A stretch of DNA of 64,000 bases from an uncultured Acidobacteriaceae bacterium (GTDB lineage: Bacteria; Acidobacteriota; Terriglobia; Terriglobales; Acidobacteriaceae), in contig CAVWUF010000002.1 in the NCBI GenBank assembly GCA_963758135.1, positions 110,822-174,821 on the forward strand, read 5' to 3'. Within the stretch, counting starts at the first letter, position 1, and each line of letters opens with the position of its first letter. Below the pieces are notes generated by a model that was given only the letters and a program-made list of their open reading frames with translations, ran no database searches and had not been told where the DNA came from. This document shows, in pieces, positions 17,384 to 25,782 of the stretch. The translations under genes were made by a program, and so were the position numbers.

Positions 17384-19399
17384 ATGGGATTTGCGATGCG
17401 CCGTTCCTGTCTGCTGTTGAGTCTGCTTTTTGGCCTGCCTTCTTTTGGAGCCACGAACTGGAGGCAGCCGACCCAGGAAGAGTTGCAAATGACCTCGGAC
17501 CCGAAGGCTCCGGATGCCCCTGCGGTGTATCTGAACCGTGATGAGTACATGGATGTGAAAGGACATTACGATCGTATTTATGCGCGCATCAAGATTCTGA
17601 CCGAAAAAGGAAGGATTCAGTTCAGCGACGTCGAGATTCCCTATCGGGCTGGAGTGCTGAACGTAAGGGGCCTTGAGGGACGGACCATCCACAGCGACGG
17701 CACGATTATTCCGTTCTCGGGCCAGGCTTACAGCAAGGAACTGGTGAAGACCGGGGGCGTGCGGGTGATGGCAAGAGTCTTCAGCATGCCGGATGTGCAG
17801 GTGGGCAGCATTCTGGAGTATCAGTTTGAGCTGCAGTACGACGATCGCTGGATCTTCTGGCCGGAATGGACGCTGCAGGAGCGGGCTTTCGTGCACGATG
17901 CGCATTACCATTTCATACCGGCGCCGCTGGATGTGAACAGCACCTATGAGATTGCGGTACCCGATCCGCAGGGGAAGCTGACACCCGCGACCCGCTTGCA
18001 ATACGATGCGTCACTGCCGCCGGGAGCAAAGCTGCAGGACCTGCCGAGCGGGACCGATCTGGTGATGAAGGATGTGCCGCCGATTCCTGACGAGCCTTAT
18101 TCGCCGCCATTAGACAGCTTCTCGTACCGGCTCTTTTACTACTACACGGGAAACTATACAGCTCAGGATTACTGGAAGGGCGCGGGAAAGAGCTGGTCAC
18201 AGAAACTGGACAAGTTCGCGACTACGTCGGATGCGATCAACAAGGCTGTGGCGGGAATTGTGGCGCCGGCGGACACCGAAGACCAGAAGCTGAAGAAGAT
18301 CTATGCCGCGGTGATGACGATAGAGAATACGCAGTTCACGCGCAAGCATTCCGACGAGGAGAAGAAGGCGGAGGGAGTACAGGTCAAGACCGCAGCGGAC
18401 ATCTGGGGACAGAAGCGTGGGACGCCGAACGAAATTACACGTTTGTTCATTGCCATGACGCGGGCCGCCGGGCTGAAGGCTGCGGCAATGATCGTAACCG
18501 AGCGCGACCAGCGCGTATTGAATGCCAACTACCTGCACTGGGATCAGCTGACGGATGAAATTGCCATTGTGACGGTTGGCGGCAAAGAGGTCTACCTCGA
18601 TCCTGGGCAGCGGTACTGCGATTACGGCAAGCTGCACTGGAAGCACACGCAGGTGTTGGGAATCCGGCAGACAGAGGGCGGCACGGAGGCGGTCCTGACT
18701 CCCGCTGCGGATTATAAGGACAGCGTGGTGGAGCGCAAGGCAGCGTTGCAGCTGGGACCCGACGGGAAGATCGACGGGACGGTCACGCTTTCGATGACGG
18801 GCGTGGAAGCTCTGCGTTGGCGGCAGGTTGCGCTTCGCGACGACGAGGATGAGGCAAAGAAGCAGATTGGAGATGAACTACAGCAGCTGGTTCCGGATGG
18901 GGTGCGCGTGAAAACGACAGGCTTGACGGGACTTGCCGACTTTTCGCAGCCGCTGGTTGCGACGCTGGGGGTGAGCGGCAGCATGGGCACGGCGACGGGA
19001 AAGAGAATCCTGCTGCCGAGTGCGTTCTTCGAGGCCAATGCAAAGCCGCTGTTCCCCGAGCAGAGGCGTGAGAATCCGGTGGATATGCACTACCCCAGCG
19101 CGGTGCGCGACTCGGTGAAGGTCACGCTGGCGCCGGGATTGACGGTGGGGAGCGTTCCGGCGAACGCGCAGATCCCGTTTCCGAAGAGCGCCGAATACGT
19201 TGCGAAGTATGCGGGTTCCGGCAGCACTTACCAGCAGGCTCGGCTGATGGCGCTGGGCAAAACGGTTTACAGCAAAGAGGAGTATCCGGAGCTGCGCGAT
19301 TTTCTTCAGAAGACGGGCGCGCAGGATCAGCAGCAGGTGGTGCTGGAGCGAGCGCCGGTTGCCGCCAGCGCGGCAGGTGGATCAGGAGCGAATGAATGA
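17384..19399 (+). CDS. DUF3857 / transglutaminase-like secreted protein, paralogue 2 (catalytic Cys and His absent)
   Basis: Colinear with paralogue 1 along its whole length. Signal peptide MGFAMRRSCLLLSLLFGLPSFGA. The core position reads KRGTPNEITRLFIAMTRAAGLKA. Start uncertain: 17360, 17384 or 17396. Confidence 0.75.
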   Translation: MGFAMRRSCLLLSLLFGLPSFGATNWRQPTQEELQMTSDPKAPDAPAVYLNRDEYMDVKGHYDRIYARIKILTEKGRIQFSDVEIPYRAGVLNVRGLEGRTIHSDGTIIPFSGQAYSKELVKTGGVRVMARVFSMPDVQVGSILEYQFELQYDDRWIFWPEWTLQERAFVHDAHYHFIPAPLDVNSTYEIAVPDPQGKLTPATRLQYDASLPPGAKLQDLPSGTDLVMKDVPPIPDEPYSPPLDSFSYRLFYYYTGNYTAQDYWKGAGKSWSQKLDKFATTSDAINKAVAGIVAPADTEDQKLKKIYAAVMTIENTQFTRKHSDEEKKAEGVQVKTAADIWGQKRGTPNEITRLFIAMTRAAGLKAAAMIVTERDQRVLNANYLHWDQLTDEIAIVTVGGKEVYLDPGQRYCDYGKLHWKHTQVLGIRQTEGGTEAVLTPAADYKDSVVERKAALQLGPDGKIDGTVTLSMTGVEALRWRQVALRDDEDEAKKQIGDELQQLVPDGVRVKTTGLTGLADFSQPLVATLGVSGSMGTATGKRILLPSAFFEANAKPLFPEQRRENPVDMHYPSAVRDSVKVTLAPGLTVGSVPANAQIPFPKSAEYVAKYAGSGSTYQQARLMALGKTVYSKEEYPELRDFLQKTGAQDQQQVVLERAPVAASAAGGSGANE

Positions 19400-21459
19400 G
19401 GGATCGGGATAAGGATCAAAGATCGGAGCTCAGAGCACAGAAATCGTCGCTCGATGATCGCCGGGCCGGGAAGGCGGAGCGGCCCGCCATGCGGGCCACA
19501 GTTGTTTGGGCGGGCGCCCTGCTGGTGCTGGGATGCGCGGGCGCCGCACACGCGTCGAAGGATGTGCAGCTGCCGGACTGGGTGACGCAGGCGGCGACCG
19601 ATGCTCCGCTGAAGGCGGAGTGGCGGGATGCGAAGGCGGTGTATCTGCTGGAAGACACGCTGGTGAGTTTTGACTCCGGCGGGCGGGTGGTGGAGCGCTA
19701 TCGCGCGGTGGTAAAGATTCTGCGGCCGCAGGGGCGGGAGTATGCGCACCCGTCGGCCTGGTTTTCTAAGGATGAAAAGCTCGAGTCTTTTCATGTATGG
19801 AGCATTGGGCAGGACGGGCATCATTATGCGATGAAGGACGCAGAATATGTCGAGACGGGCGATGTAGGCGCAGGGGAAGGCGTTCTCTATGGGGATTTGC
19901 GGGCGAGGATAGCATCGCCGCCGGGAGCCGACCCGGGCGGAGTGGTGGCGTGGGAATTCGTCAAGCAGTTGCCGCCGTATTTTGCCGAGGACACATGGGG
20001 ATTTCAGAATCCGGTGCCGACGGTTCGGTCAGTATACGAGCTTGATTTGCCGGCGGGGTGGCATGAGGAGGCGGTTTGGTCGCGGCATCCGCGCATTGAG
20101 CCAGCGCAGACGATGCCCGGTCACTTTCGGTGGGAACAAACGAATATCGACGGAATCGATTTAACCGATGTACCGCTGGCGCCGGAGTGGGCGTCTCTGG
20201 CGGGGAGGATGACGGTGCATTTCGGGTCGGATCCGCTGCCGGAGGGGGACGCACTGTGGTCGAAGATCGGCAACTGGTATTACAACCTGGCGGCGCCGCG
20301 AAGCGAGGGTGGGGGAGAGGTGGCGACCACGGCGCGGACGCTGGCCGCGGATGGCGACTTCATGGCGCGGTTGACGAAGGTCGCCGACTTTATGCAGCAA
20401 CAGATTCGATATGTGGCGGTGGAGATCGGCATTGGAGGATGGCAGCCGCACGCGGCGCAGGATATTTTCCGGAGCCGGTATGGAGATTGCAAGGACAAGG
20501 CAACGCTGACGGTGGCTATGCTGGACGCGGTAGGAATTCGCGCGGGGTGGGTGAGCGTAGACGTCCGGCGGGGAGTGATCGATCCGGATGCGCCTTCTCT
20601 TTTCGGCAACCACATGATTGCGGCGATCGAGATTCCGAAGGGGTATGAGAACCCACGGCTGCAGGCGGTGGTGACGACGCATTCGGGGAGACGTTATCTG
20701 ATCTTCGATCCGACGAATCCGTATGTGCCGGTGGGGCAGTTGCCGGACTATGAACAGGGCAGCTATGGAGTGCTGGCGGCGGGGGAGGACAGCCAGCTGA
20801 TCCATCTGCCGATTCTGAATCCGGATGCGGAGTCGATCGATCGGAAGGCCAAATTTGAACTGGCAGGGGATGGAACGCTCAGCGGAGACATCACGGTGCT
20901 TCGTTATGGAGCGCTGTCGGACCGGATGCGGGGCCGCTTGGCGATGGGCACGGACAAGGACCAGCGGGAGCTGGTGGAGCGATCGCTGCAACGGGATTTT
21001 TCGACGTTCACGCTGGGCAGCGAGAAGGTGGCGCATGTACGCGAGCTGGACCAGCCGCTGGAGATGGATTACCAGGTAACGGCGCCGCTCTACGCAAAAA
21101 CAGCAGGGGGCTTGCTATTGGTGCGGCCGCGGGTCGTTGGCAGCGATGCGGAGGGTCTGGACGACAAGCCGCGCAAGGTACCGATCAGTTTTGAAGGGGT
21201 GGGGACGTGGCGGGACGATTTCGACGTGAAGATTCCGGCGGGATACGCCGTGGACGATATGCCCGATCCAGTGAGCATGGATGTTGGATTCGCGACCTAC
21301 CACAGCGAAGTGAAGGCCGAGGGCGGCGCACTGCATTACAAGCGCGAATATGTGCTCAAGAAGGTGGAACTGGAGCCTGGGGAGTACGCGAGGCTGCGCA
21401 AGCTGGAGGCAGCGATTGCGGCGGATGAGAACAGCGACGCGGTGCTGAAGAAGCAGTAG
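19396..21459 (+). CDS. DUF3857 / transglutaminase-like secreted protein, paralogue 3 (Cys-His-Asp triad intact)
   Basis: Core motifs RYGDCKDKATLTVAMLDAVGIRAGW, GNHMIAAIE and LIFDPTNP match a transglutaminase/cysteine-protease fold. ATG 19396 overlaps the previous stop as ATGA. Alternative start ATG 19489 lies just before the signal peptide MRATVVWAGALLVLGCAGAAHA and has GGAG 9 nt upstream. Confidence 0.75.
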   Translation: MRDRDKDQRSELRAQKSSLDDRRAGKAERPAMRATVVWAGALLVLGCAGAAHASKDVQLPDWVTQAATDAPLKAEWRDAKAVYLLEDTLVSFDSGGRVVERYRAVVKILRPQGREYAHPSAWFSKDEKLESFHVWSIGQDGHHYAMKDAEYVETGDVGAGEGVLYGDLRARIASPPGADPGGVVAWEFVKQLPPYFAEDTWGFQNPVPTVRSVYELDLPAGWHEEAVWSRHPRIEPAQTMPGHFRWEQTNIDGIDLTDVPLAPEWASLAGRMTVHFGSDPLPEGDALWSKIGNWYYNLAAPRSEGGGEVATTARTLAADGDFMARLTKVADFMQQQIRYVAVEIGIGGWQPHAAQDIFRSRYGDCKDKATLTVAMLDAVGIRAGWVSVDVRRGVIDPDAPSLFGNHMIAAIEIPKGYENPRLQAVVTTHSGRRYLIFDPTNPYVPVGQLPDYEQGSYGVLAAGEDSQLIHLPILNPDAESIDRKAKFELAGDGTLSGDITVLRYGALSDRMRGRLAMGTDKDQRELVERSLQRDFSTFTLGSEKVAHVRELDQPLEMDYQVTAPLYAKTAGGLLLVRPRVVGSDAEGLDDKPRKVPISFEGVGTWRDDFDVKIPAGYAVDDMPDPVSMDVGFATYHSEVKAEGGALHYKREYVLKKVELEPGEYARLRKLEAAIAADENSDAVLKKQ

Positions 21460-21484
21460 GGGATATCAGAAGTTCGCCAAAAAG

Positions 21485-21514
21485 AAGAGGCGGCTCCTCG
21501 GCCGCCTCTTTTGC
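21485..21514. terminator. rho-independent terminator between convergent genes (probably bidirectional)
   Basis: Perfect 10-bp stem aagaggcggc (21485-21494) / gccgcctctt (21501-21510) with a 6-nt loop. A T-run follows on the plus strand and an A-run precedes it. Confidence 0.7.
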
Positions 21515-21528
21515 CTGCTGAAGCCGGA

Positions 21529-22524
21529 TTATTGCGGGCGTTTCACGTGGTCTCCGACCGTGGGCTTGCCGGAGCCGCTGAATTTGCCGACCGCCGAATC
21601 GGCATCGACGCTGGTAATGGTGAGGGTGCCGACGGGTGAGTCGATGGTGCGCAGGACTTTGCCGGTCGCGGGATCTTTGACGGTGCGCAGGACGCGAGTG
21701 ACAGCAAGGGTGTCGCCGACTTTGACGCCCGCGGCCCCACCTACGTTGATGATGATTTCATCGCTGGAGGCGTCGGCCACGAGGCCGTCGATCGGGGCTG
21801 GAGGTGGAGCAGCGGCGACGGGAAGGGTCGCGGCTTTGCCGTCGAGGCCGGTGGCCACGTCGACGACCGAGGCTTTGGTGGCCTCGCCGATGATGGTCTG
21901 CGCGAAGTTCGAGCTGCCCATGTCGAGGTGACCTCCGCCGCCTGTCCAGCCGGAGCCGCCGCCGCCCAGCATGTCGGCACCGTTGCGCTTGGATTCACCG
22001 CGGCCCGTTACCGAGGCGAGGATTTCGCCGGTGTTGACGTCGATCATGCGGGCGGTGATTTCAACGACGGCTTTGGATTTATGAATGCCGAGTCCGCCGA
22101 CCCCATAGTGGCCCCAGTTGCCACCTCCCCCGCCGGCGCCGTAGTTCTTGTCGTCGCGTCCGAAGGTAGTGATGTCGCCAACGATGATGGTGTCCACACC
22201 GAGGACGGCGCCGATTTTGGCTGCAGTCGCAGGATTGGCGCGGTCGCTGTTGGAGAAATTCTGCTCGTTGATGATCTTATCGATGGCCGCGCGCTCGATG
22301 ACGCGATAGGTGCCGTCGTTCACGAGCTGATTGACGAGCATGTCGGTGATGCCCTTGCCAATGTCCTGGTTGGTGCCGAAGATTGCCTGGACGCTGGTCA
22401 TGACGGTGGCGTAACCGAAATCGAGGACGGCGACACGGCGTTTTTCCTGAGCGGATGCGGGCAGCAGGGAGAGAAAACCGAGCAGGCCGAGGAGGAGTAC
22501 CGAGGGGGTCTTGCGCATAACCAT
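21529..22524 (-). CDS. CsgG-family secreted protein with a C-terminal extra domain
   Basis: Signal peptide MVMRKTPSVLLLGLLGFLSLLPASA. Then RRVAVLDFGYATV ... ITDMLVNQLVNDGTYRVIERAAIDKIINEQNFS ... AAKIGAVLGVDTIIVGDITTFG, typical of the CsgG fold. Gly-rich loops and a ~100-aa C-terminal beta-rich domain follow. The upstream 183 codons of track ORF 21529..23073 overlap the kdpD-like gene and are rejected. Confidence 0.7.
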   Translation of the reverse strand: MVMRKTPSVLLLGLLGFLSLLPASAQEKRRVAVLDFGYATVMTSVQAIFGTNQDIGKGITDMLVNQLVNDGTYRVIERAAIDKIINEQNFSNSDRANPATAAKIGAVLGVDTIIVGDITTFGRDDKNYGAGGGGGNWGHYGVGGLGIHKSKAVVEITARMIDVNTGEILASVTGRGESKRNGADMLGGGGSGWTGGGGHLDMGSSNFAQTIIGEATKASVVDVATGLDGKAATLPVAAAPPPAPIDGLVADASSDEIIINVGGAAGVKVGDTLAVTRVLRTVKDPATGKVLRTIDSPVGTLTITSVDADSAVGKFSGSGKPTVGDHVKRPQ

Positions 22525-22726
22525 CCATCTCCATTGCGTGGGTTGTAACTGCCATTTGAGGGAGAGCCGTCCGCGAGGTCCGGGAGCGAGACGGCGGTTC
22601 CACAGGGAACAGTAATGCGAGAGCCAGAGAACAAGAGCCAGGCCAGGAACTGGGAGCACTATAACGCGGCTGGAAAACAAGGACAACAGAAATCGGCCAG
22701 GTGACGGGGAACGAAGAGGTGTGCCA

Positions 22727-23884
22727 CTATTTGCGGTCTTTCTGAACCGGGACGACCTGGACGGTGGTTTCGCGCATTTCGGTAAGGAAGCGGTTGATAA
22801 TGGAGCCGCGCAGGAGGATGTCCCAGCGCGAGCGCGCGGACTGACCGAAGACGACGTGCGAGATGTTTTCTTTGCGGGCGAACTCAATGAGGGCGTCGGC
22901 GACTTTCTTGTCGCGCAGGTTGATGACCTGAGCGCCGAGATCGCGGGCCATACGCTCATATTCTTCGAGGCGCGCAAAGGCGGCCGGATCGCCATGGCGA
23001 TGGTCGGAGTCGGGGGTTTCGACATAGACGACGTACCAGTTGGTGGCGAGGCGGCCGGCGATGCGGGCGCCAACGCGCACGAGGCGCTCCATACCGGCGC
23101 GGGGTGAGAGGCAGACCATCACTTTTTCGGGGATGGGCGCCTGCTCGAGTCCCTGGGTACGGCGGTATTCGGCGGCGGCGGTGCCGACCTGCTCGGCAGT
23201 CGTGCGCAGGGCGAGCTCGCGGAGCATGTTGAGGTTGCCCTTGCGGAAGAAGTTGGCGAGGGCCTGCTCGACTTTTTCGGGGGCGTAGATCTTGCCCTGG
23301 CGGAGGCGGTCGCGGAGCTCGTCGATGGTGATGTCGACATTGACGACCTCGTTGGCGCGCCGCAGAAAGCTGTCAGGGACGGTTTCGCGAATCTGTGTGC
23401 TCGATGACCGCGCGACCGCGTCGTTCAATGTCTCGAGATGTTGGACGTTCATCGCGGTCATCACGTTGATGCCGGCGTCGAGCAGCTCCAGAACATCCTC
23501 GTAGCGTTTGCGATTGCGGGAGCCCGGGACGTTGCTGTGGGCGAGCTCGTCGACCACGCACCAGGTGGGGCGCCGCGCGAGGATGGCCTCGACATCCATT
23601 TCGCGCAGGGTGACGGAGCGGTACTGAACCTCTCTGAGCGGAATGATTTCAAGGCCCTCGATGAGGGCGGCGGTGTCCGCGCGGCCGTGCGCCTCGATGA
23701 GGCCGATGGCTACGTCGATGCCCTGTCGGCGCATGAGGTGCGCGTCTTCGAGCATGCGGTAGGTTTTGCCGACGCCAGGCGCAGCGCCGAGGTAGACGCG
23801 GAGGCGCCCTGGCTCCGGAGTGTCGTGATGCTTCGGAGTGAGGTCGGTGGGGATGGGCGTCGGAGTGTCAGGTAGCGTGGTCAT
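22727..23884 (-). CDS. stand-alone KdpD N-terminal sensor domain plus USP domain protein (no TM or kinase part)
   Basis: LRVYLGAAPGVGKTYRMLEDAHLMRRQGIDVAIGLIEAHGR matches the KdpD N-terminal P-loop domain. The C-terminal half is USP-like (KVMVCLSPRAG ... HVVFGQSARSRW). The protein ends after 385 aa. Confidence 0.85.
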   Translation of the reverse strand: MTTLPDTPTPIPTDLTPKHHDTPEPGRLRVYLGAAPGVGKTYRMLEDAHLMRRQGIDVAIGLIEAHGRADTAALIEGLEIIPLREVQYRSVTLREMDVEAILARRPTWCVVDELAHSNVPGSRNRKRYEDVLELLDAGINVMTAMNVQHLETLNDAVARSSSTQIRETVPDSFLRRANEVVNVDITIDELRDRLRQGKIYAPEKVEQALANFFRKGNLNMLRELALRTTAEQVGTAAAEYRRTQGLEQAPIPEKVMVCLSPRAGMERLVRVGARIAGRLATNWYVVYVETPDSDHRHGDPAAFARLEEYERMARDLGAQVINLRDKKVADALIEFARKENISHVVFGQSARSRWDILLRGSIINRFLTEMRETTVQVVPVQKDRK

Positions 23885-25705
23885 TTATCCGACCTCCACC
23901 GGATGGCGGTCGGGCTCGGCGACGGAGATGGGAAGGGTGAAGCGGAAGGTGGTGCCCGTGCCGAGGCGGCTTTCTACGGAGACCTGGCCGCCTTGCGACT
24001 CCACGAGACGGCGGACCAGGGCGAGACCGAGGCCGGAGCCGCCGCTGGCAGGGTCGCCGGTGAATCTGCCGAAGATCGTAGGCAGACGTTCGGTCTCGAT
24101 GCCGCGGCCGTTGTCGTGGACGAAGAACTGGACGCGCTCCTGCTGTTCTGTCGCGCCGAGGCGAACATGGCCGCCCTCCGGGGTATAGCGGAGGGCATTG
24201 CTGATGAGGTTGTCGAGAATGGTGCGGAGGGCTCGGCGGTCGGCCTGGACCCAGGCGACGTCTTCGAAGGCGAGCAGCTCGATATCGATGTTCTTTTGAT
24301 GGGCAGCATCGCGGCAGCGAATGACAGCGTCGCGAAGGGCATCGATCGGGCGGACCTTTTCAATACGGAGCTGGCGACGGCCGGTTTCGAGTTCGGCGAC
24401 CTCGATGAGGTCGAGGATGAGATCGTCGAGCTGCTCAGCCTCCTGGGCGGCGCTGGTCGCGAGTTCCAGCTGGAGGGGTTTGAGATCGCCAGCGTGGCTT
24501 TGGGTGAGCGCGTAGAGCGAGAGGCGCAGGCGGCGGATCGGATCGCGGAGTTTTTGCGAGGCAACGGAGAGAAAGCGTGATTTGAAGCGATCGACTTCGG
24601 CGATTTCCGTCACGTCTTCAAGAAGAGTGACGGCCCCCAGAAGCTTGCCTTCGCTGTCGCGCATGGGGGTGGTACGGAGGCGATAGCTGCGTTCAGCCTG
24701 GCCGATGCGCATAGGCAGGAGAGCGGCCTGGCCTTCGGTGGCGGCTGTGGTGCGTTGCATAGAGACGGCGGCGCGAATGGCGTCGAGAATTTTGTCGCCG
24801 CCGGGGGTGCTGGCGAGGACCATGCGGTCGACTCCGGCGCCCTCGGGGGCGTTGACGAGGCCGAAGAGTTCCATAGCGGCCTGATTCAGCTTGAGCACCT
24901 GGCCTTTGCCGTCGGTGACAATGACCGGCTCGAAGATGGAGCGGACGACGGCGTCAATGAGCTGGAACTCCATCTGGCGTCGGCCGGATTCGGTTTCGCG
25001 CAGGTCGCGCAGGCGGATGGCCAGGCGATTGAGTTCAGTTGCGATCGTGCCGAGATCGTCTTTGGAGCGCCATTCGACGCGCTGGTGGAGATCGCCCTGC
25101 CCGATGCGGCGAGCTATACGCGCGGTGTGGCGCAGAGGAGCGATAACGAGCAGGAGCATGACAGCGGAGATGATGGCGGCGGCGGCAATGGAGAGTCCGC
25201 AGGCGGCGATGAGACGGCTGCGCAGCTGATTCTGCTGGCCGCGCAGGGCGGTGACGACGGTAGAGCGACGCGTGGAGAGCTGATCGAGTTCCTGGCGTAG
25301 CTCGATGTGAAGGCCTTCGAGGGAGCGGGTCAGCTCGATCGAGTCGGAGGGCGGATCTTGCGCGAGCCGCGTGTGTTCCTCGGCCAGGCGCTCGATGGGA
25401 AGGGAGGGATCGAAAGTGTGCACGTCGTCAACGGCAGCGCGGAGGAGGATTTGGGTACGGCTGGCCTGATCGCGTAACTGGGAGAGGGTAGCGTTACCGG
25501 TGGAGATGCGGGCGGCGATCAGCTCTTCATGCGCAACGGCGCCCTGAGCTGAGGCGAGCGATGCGACCGCGGCTTCGGCGACGTGAACCTGGGCATCGAG
25601 CGCGGCGAGACGCACGAAGGAGGTGCGCACCAGGAAGCTGACTGTGGTGACCAGCGCGATGAGCAGGAGACAACCCAGAAACAGCCGTTGGTAGAGGCTC
25701 AGCAT
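23885..25705 (-). CDS. membrane sensor histidine-kinase-like protein (2 TM, HAMP, PAS, DHp, HATPase_c) with H-box His replaced by Gln
   Basis: N box LDNLISNALRYTP, G1 DNGRGI and G2 GGSGLGLALV are present. The H-box position reads FLSVASQKLRDPI where SHELRTPL is expected. The stop TAA directly abuts the ATG of the KdpD-N gene. Confidence 0.85.
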   Translation of the reverse strand: MLSLYQRLFLGCLLLIALVTTVSFLVRTSFVRLAALDAQVHVAEAAVASLASAQGAVAHEELIAARISTGNATLSQLRDQASRTQILLRAAVDDVHTFDPSLPIERLAEEHTRLAQDPPSDSIELTRSLEGLHIELRQELDQLSTRRSTVVTALRGQQNQLRSRLIAACGLSIAAAAIISAVMLLLVIAPLRHTARIARRIGQGDLHQRVEWRSKDDLGTIATELNRLAIRLRDLRETESGRRQMEFQLIDAVVRSIFEPVIVTDGKGQVLKLNQAAMELFGLVNAPEGAGVDRMVLASTPGGDKILDAIRAAVSMQRTTAATEGQAALLPMRIGQAERSYRLRTTPMRDSEGKLLGAVTLLEDVTEIAEVDRFKSRFLSVASQKLRDPIRRLRLSLYALTQSHAGDLKPLQLELATSAAQEAEQLDDLILDLIEVAELETGRRQLRIEKVRPIDALRDAVIRCRDAAHQKNIDIELLAFEDVAWVQADRRALRTILDNLISNALRYTPEGGHVRLGATEQQERVQFFVHDNGRGIETERLPTIFGRFTGDPASGGSGLGLALVRRLVESQGGQVSVESRLGTGTTFRFTLPISVAEPDRHPVEVG

Positions 25706-25782
25706 GAGCGGGACGTTTGGCGTAATCCTCGAATCTTGAGCGTAGTGTTGCGGGGCGGGCGATGCAAGGGGTCGATGCGAAG

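Noticed and set aside
22525-23073. N-terminal 183 codons of track ORF 21529..23073.
   Set aside because: This extension overlaps the 3' end of the KdpD-N/USP gene in another frame and is S/P/T/R-rich. The CsgG-like homology and a good signal peptide begin at ATG 22524/22518.
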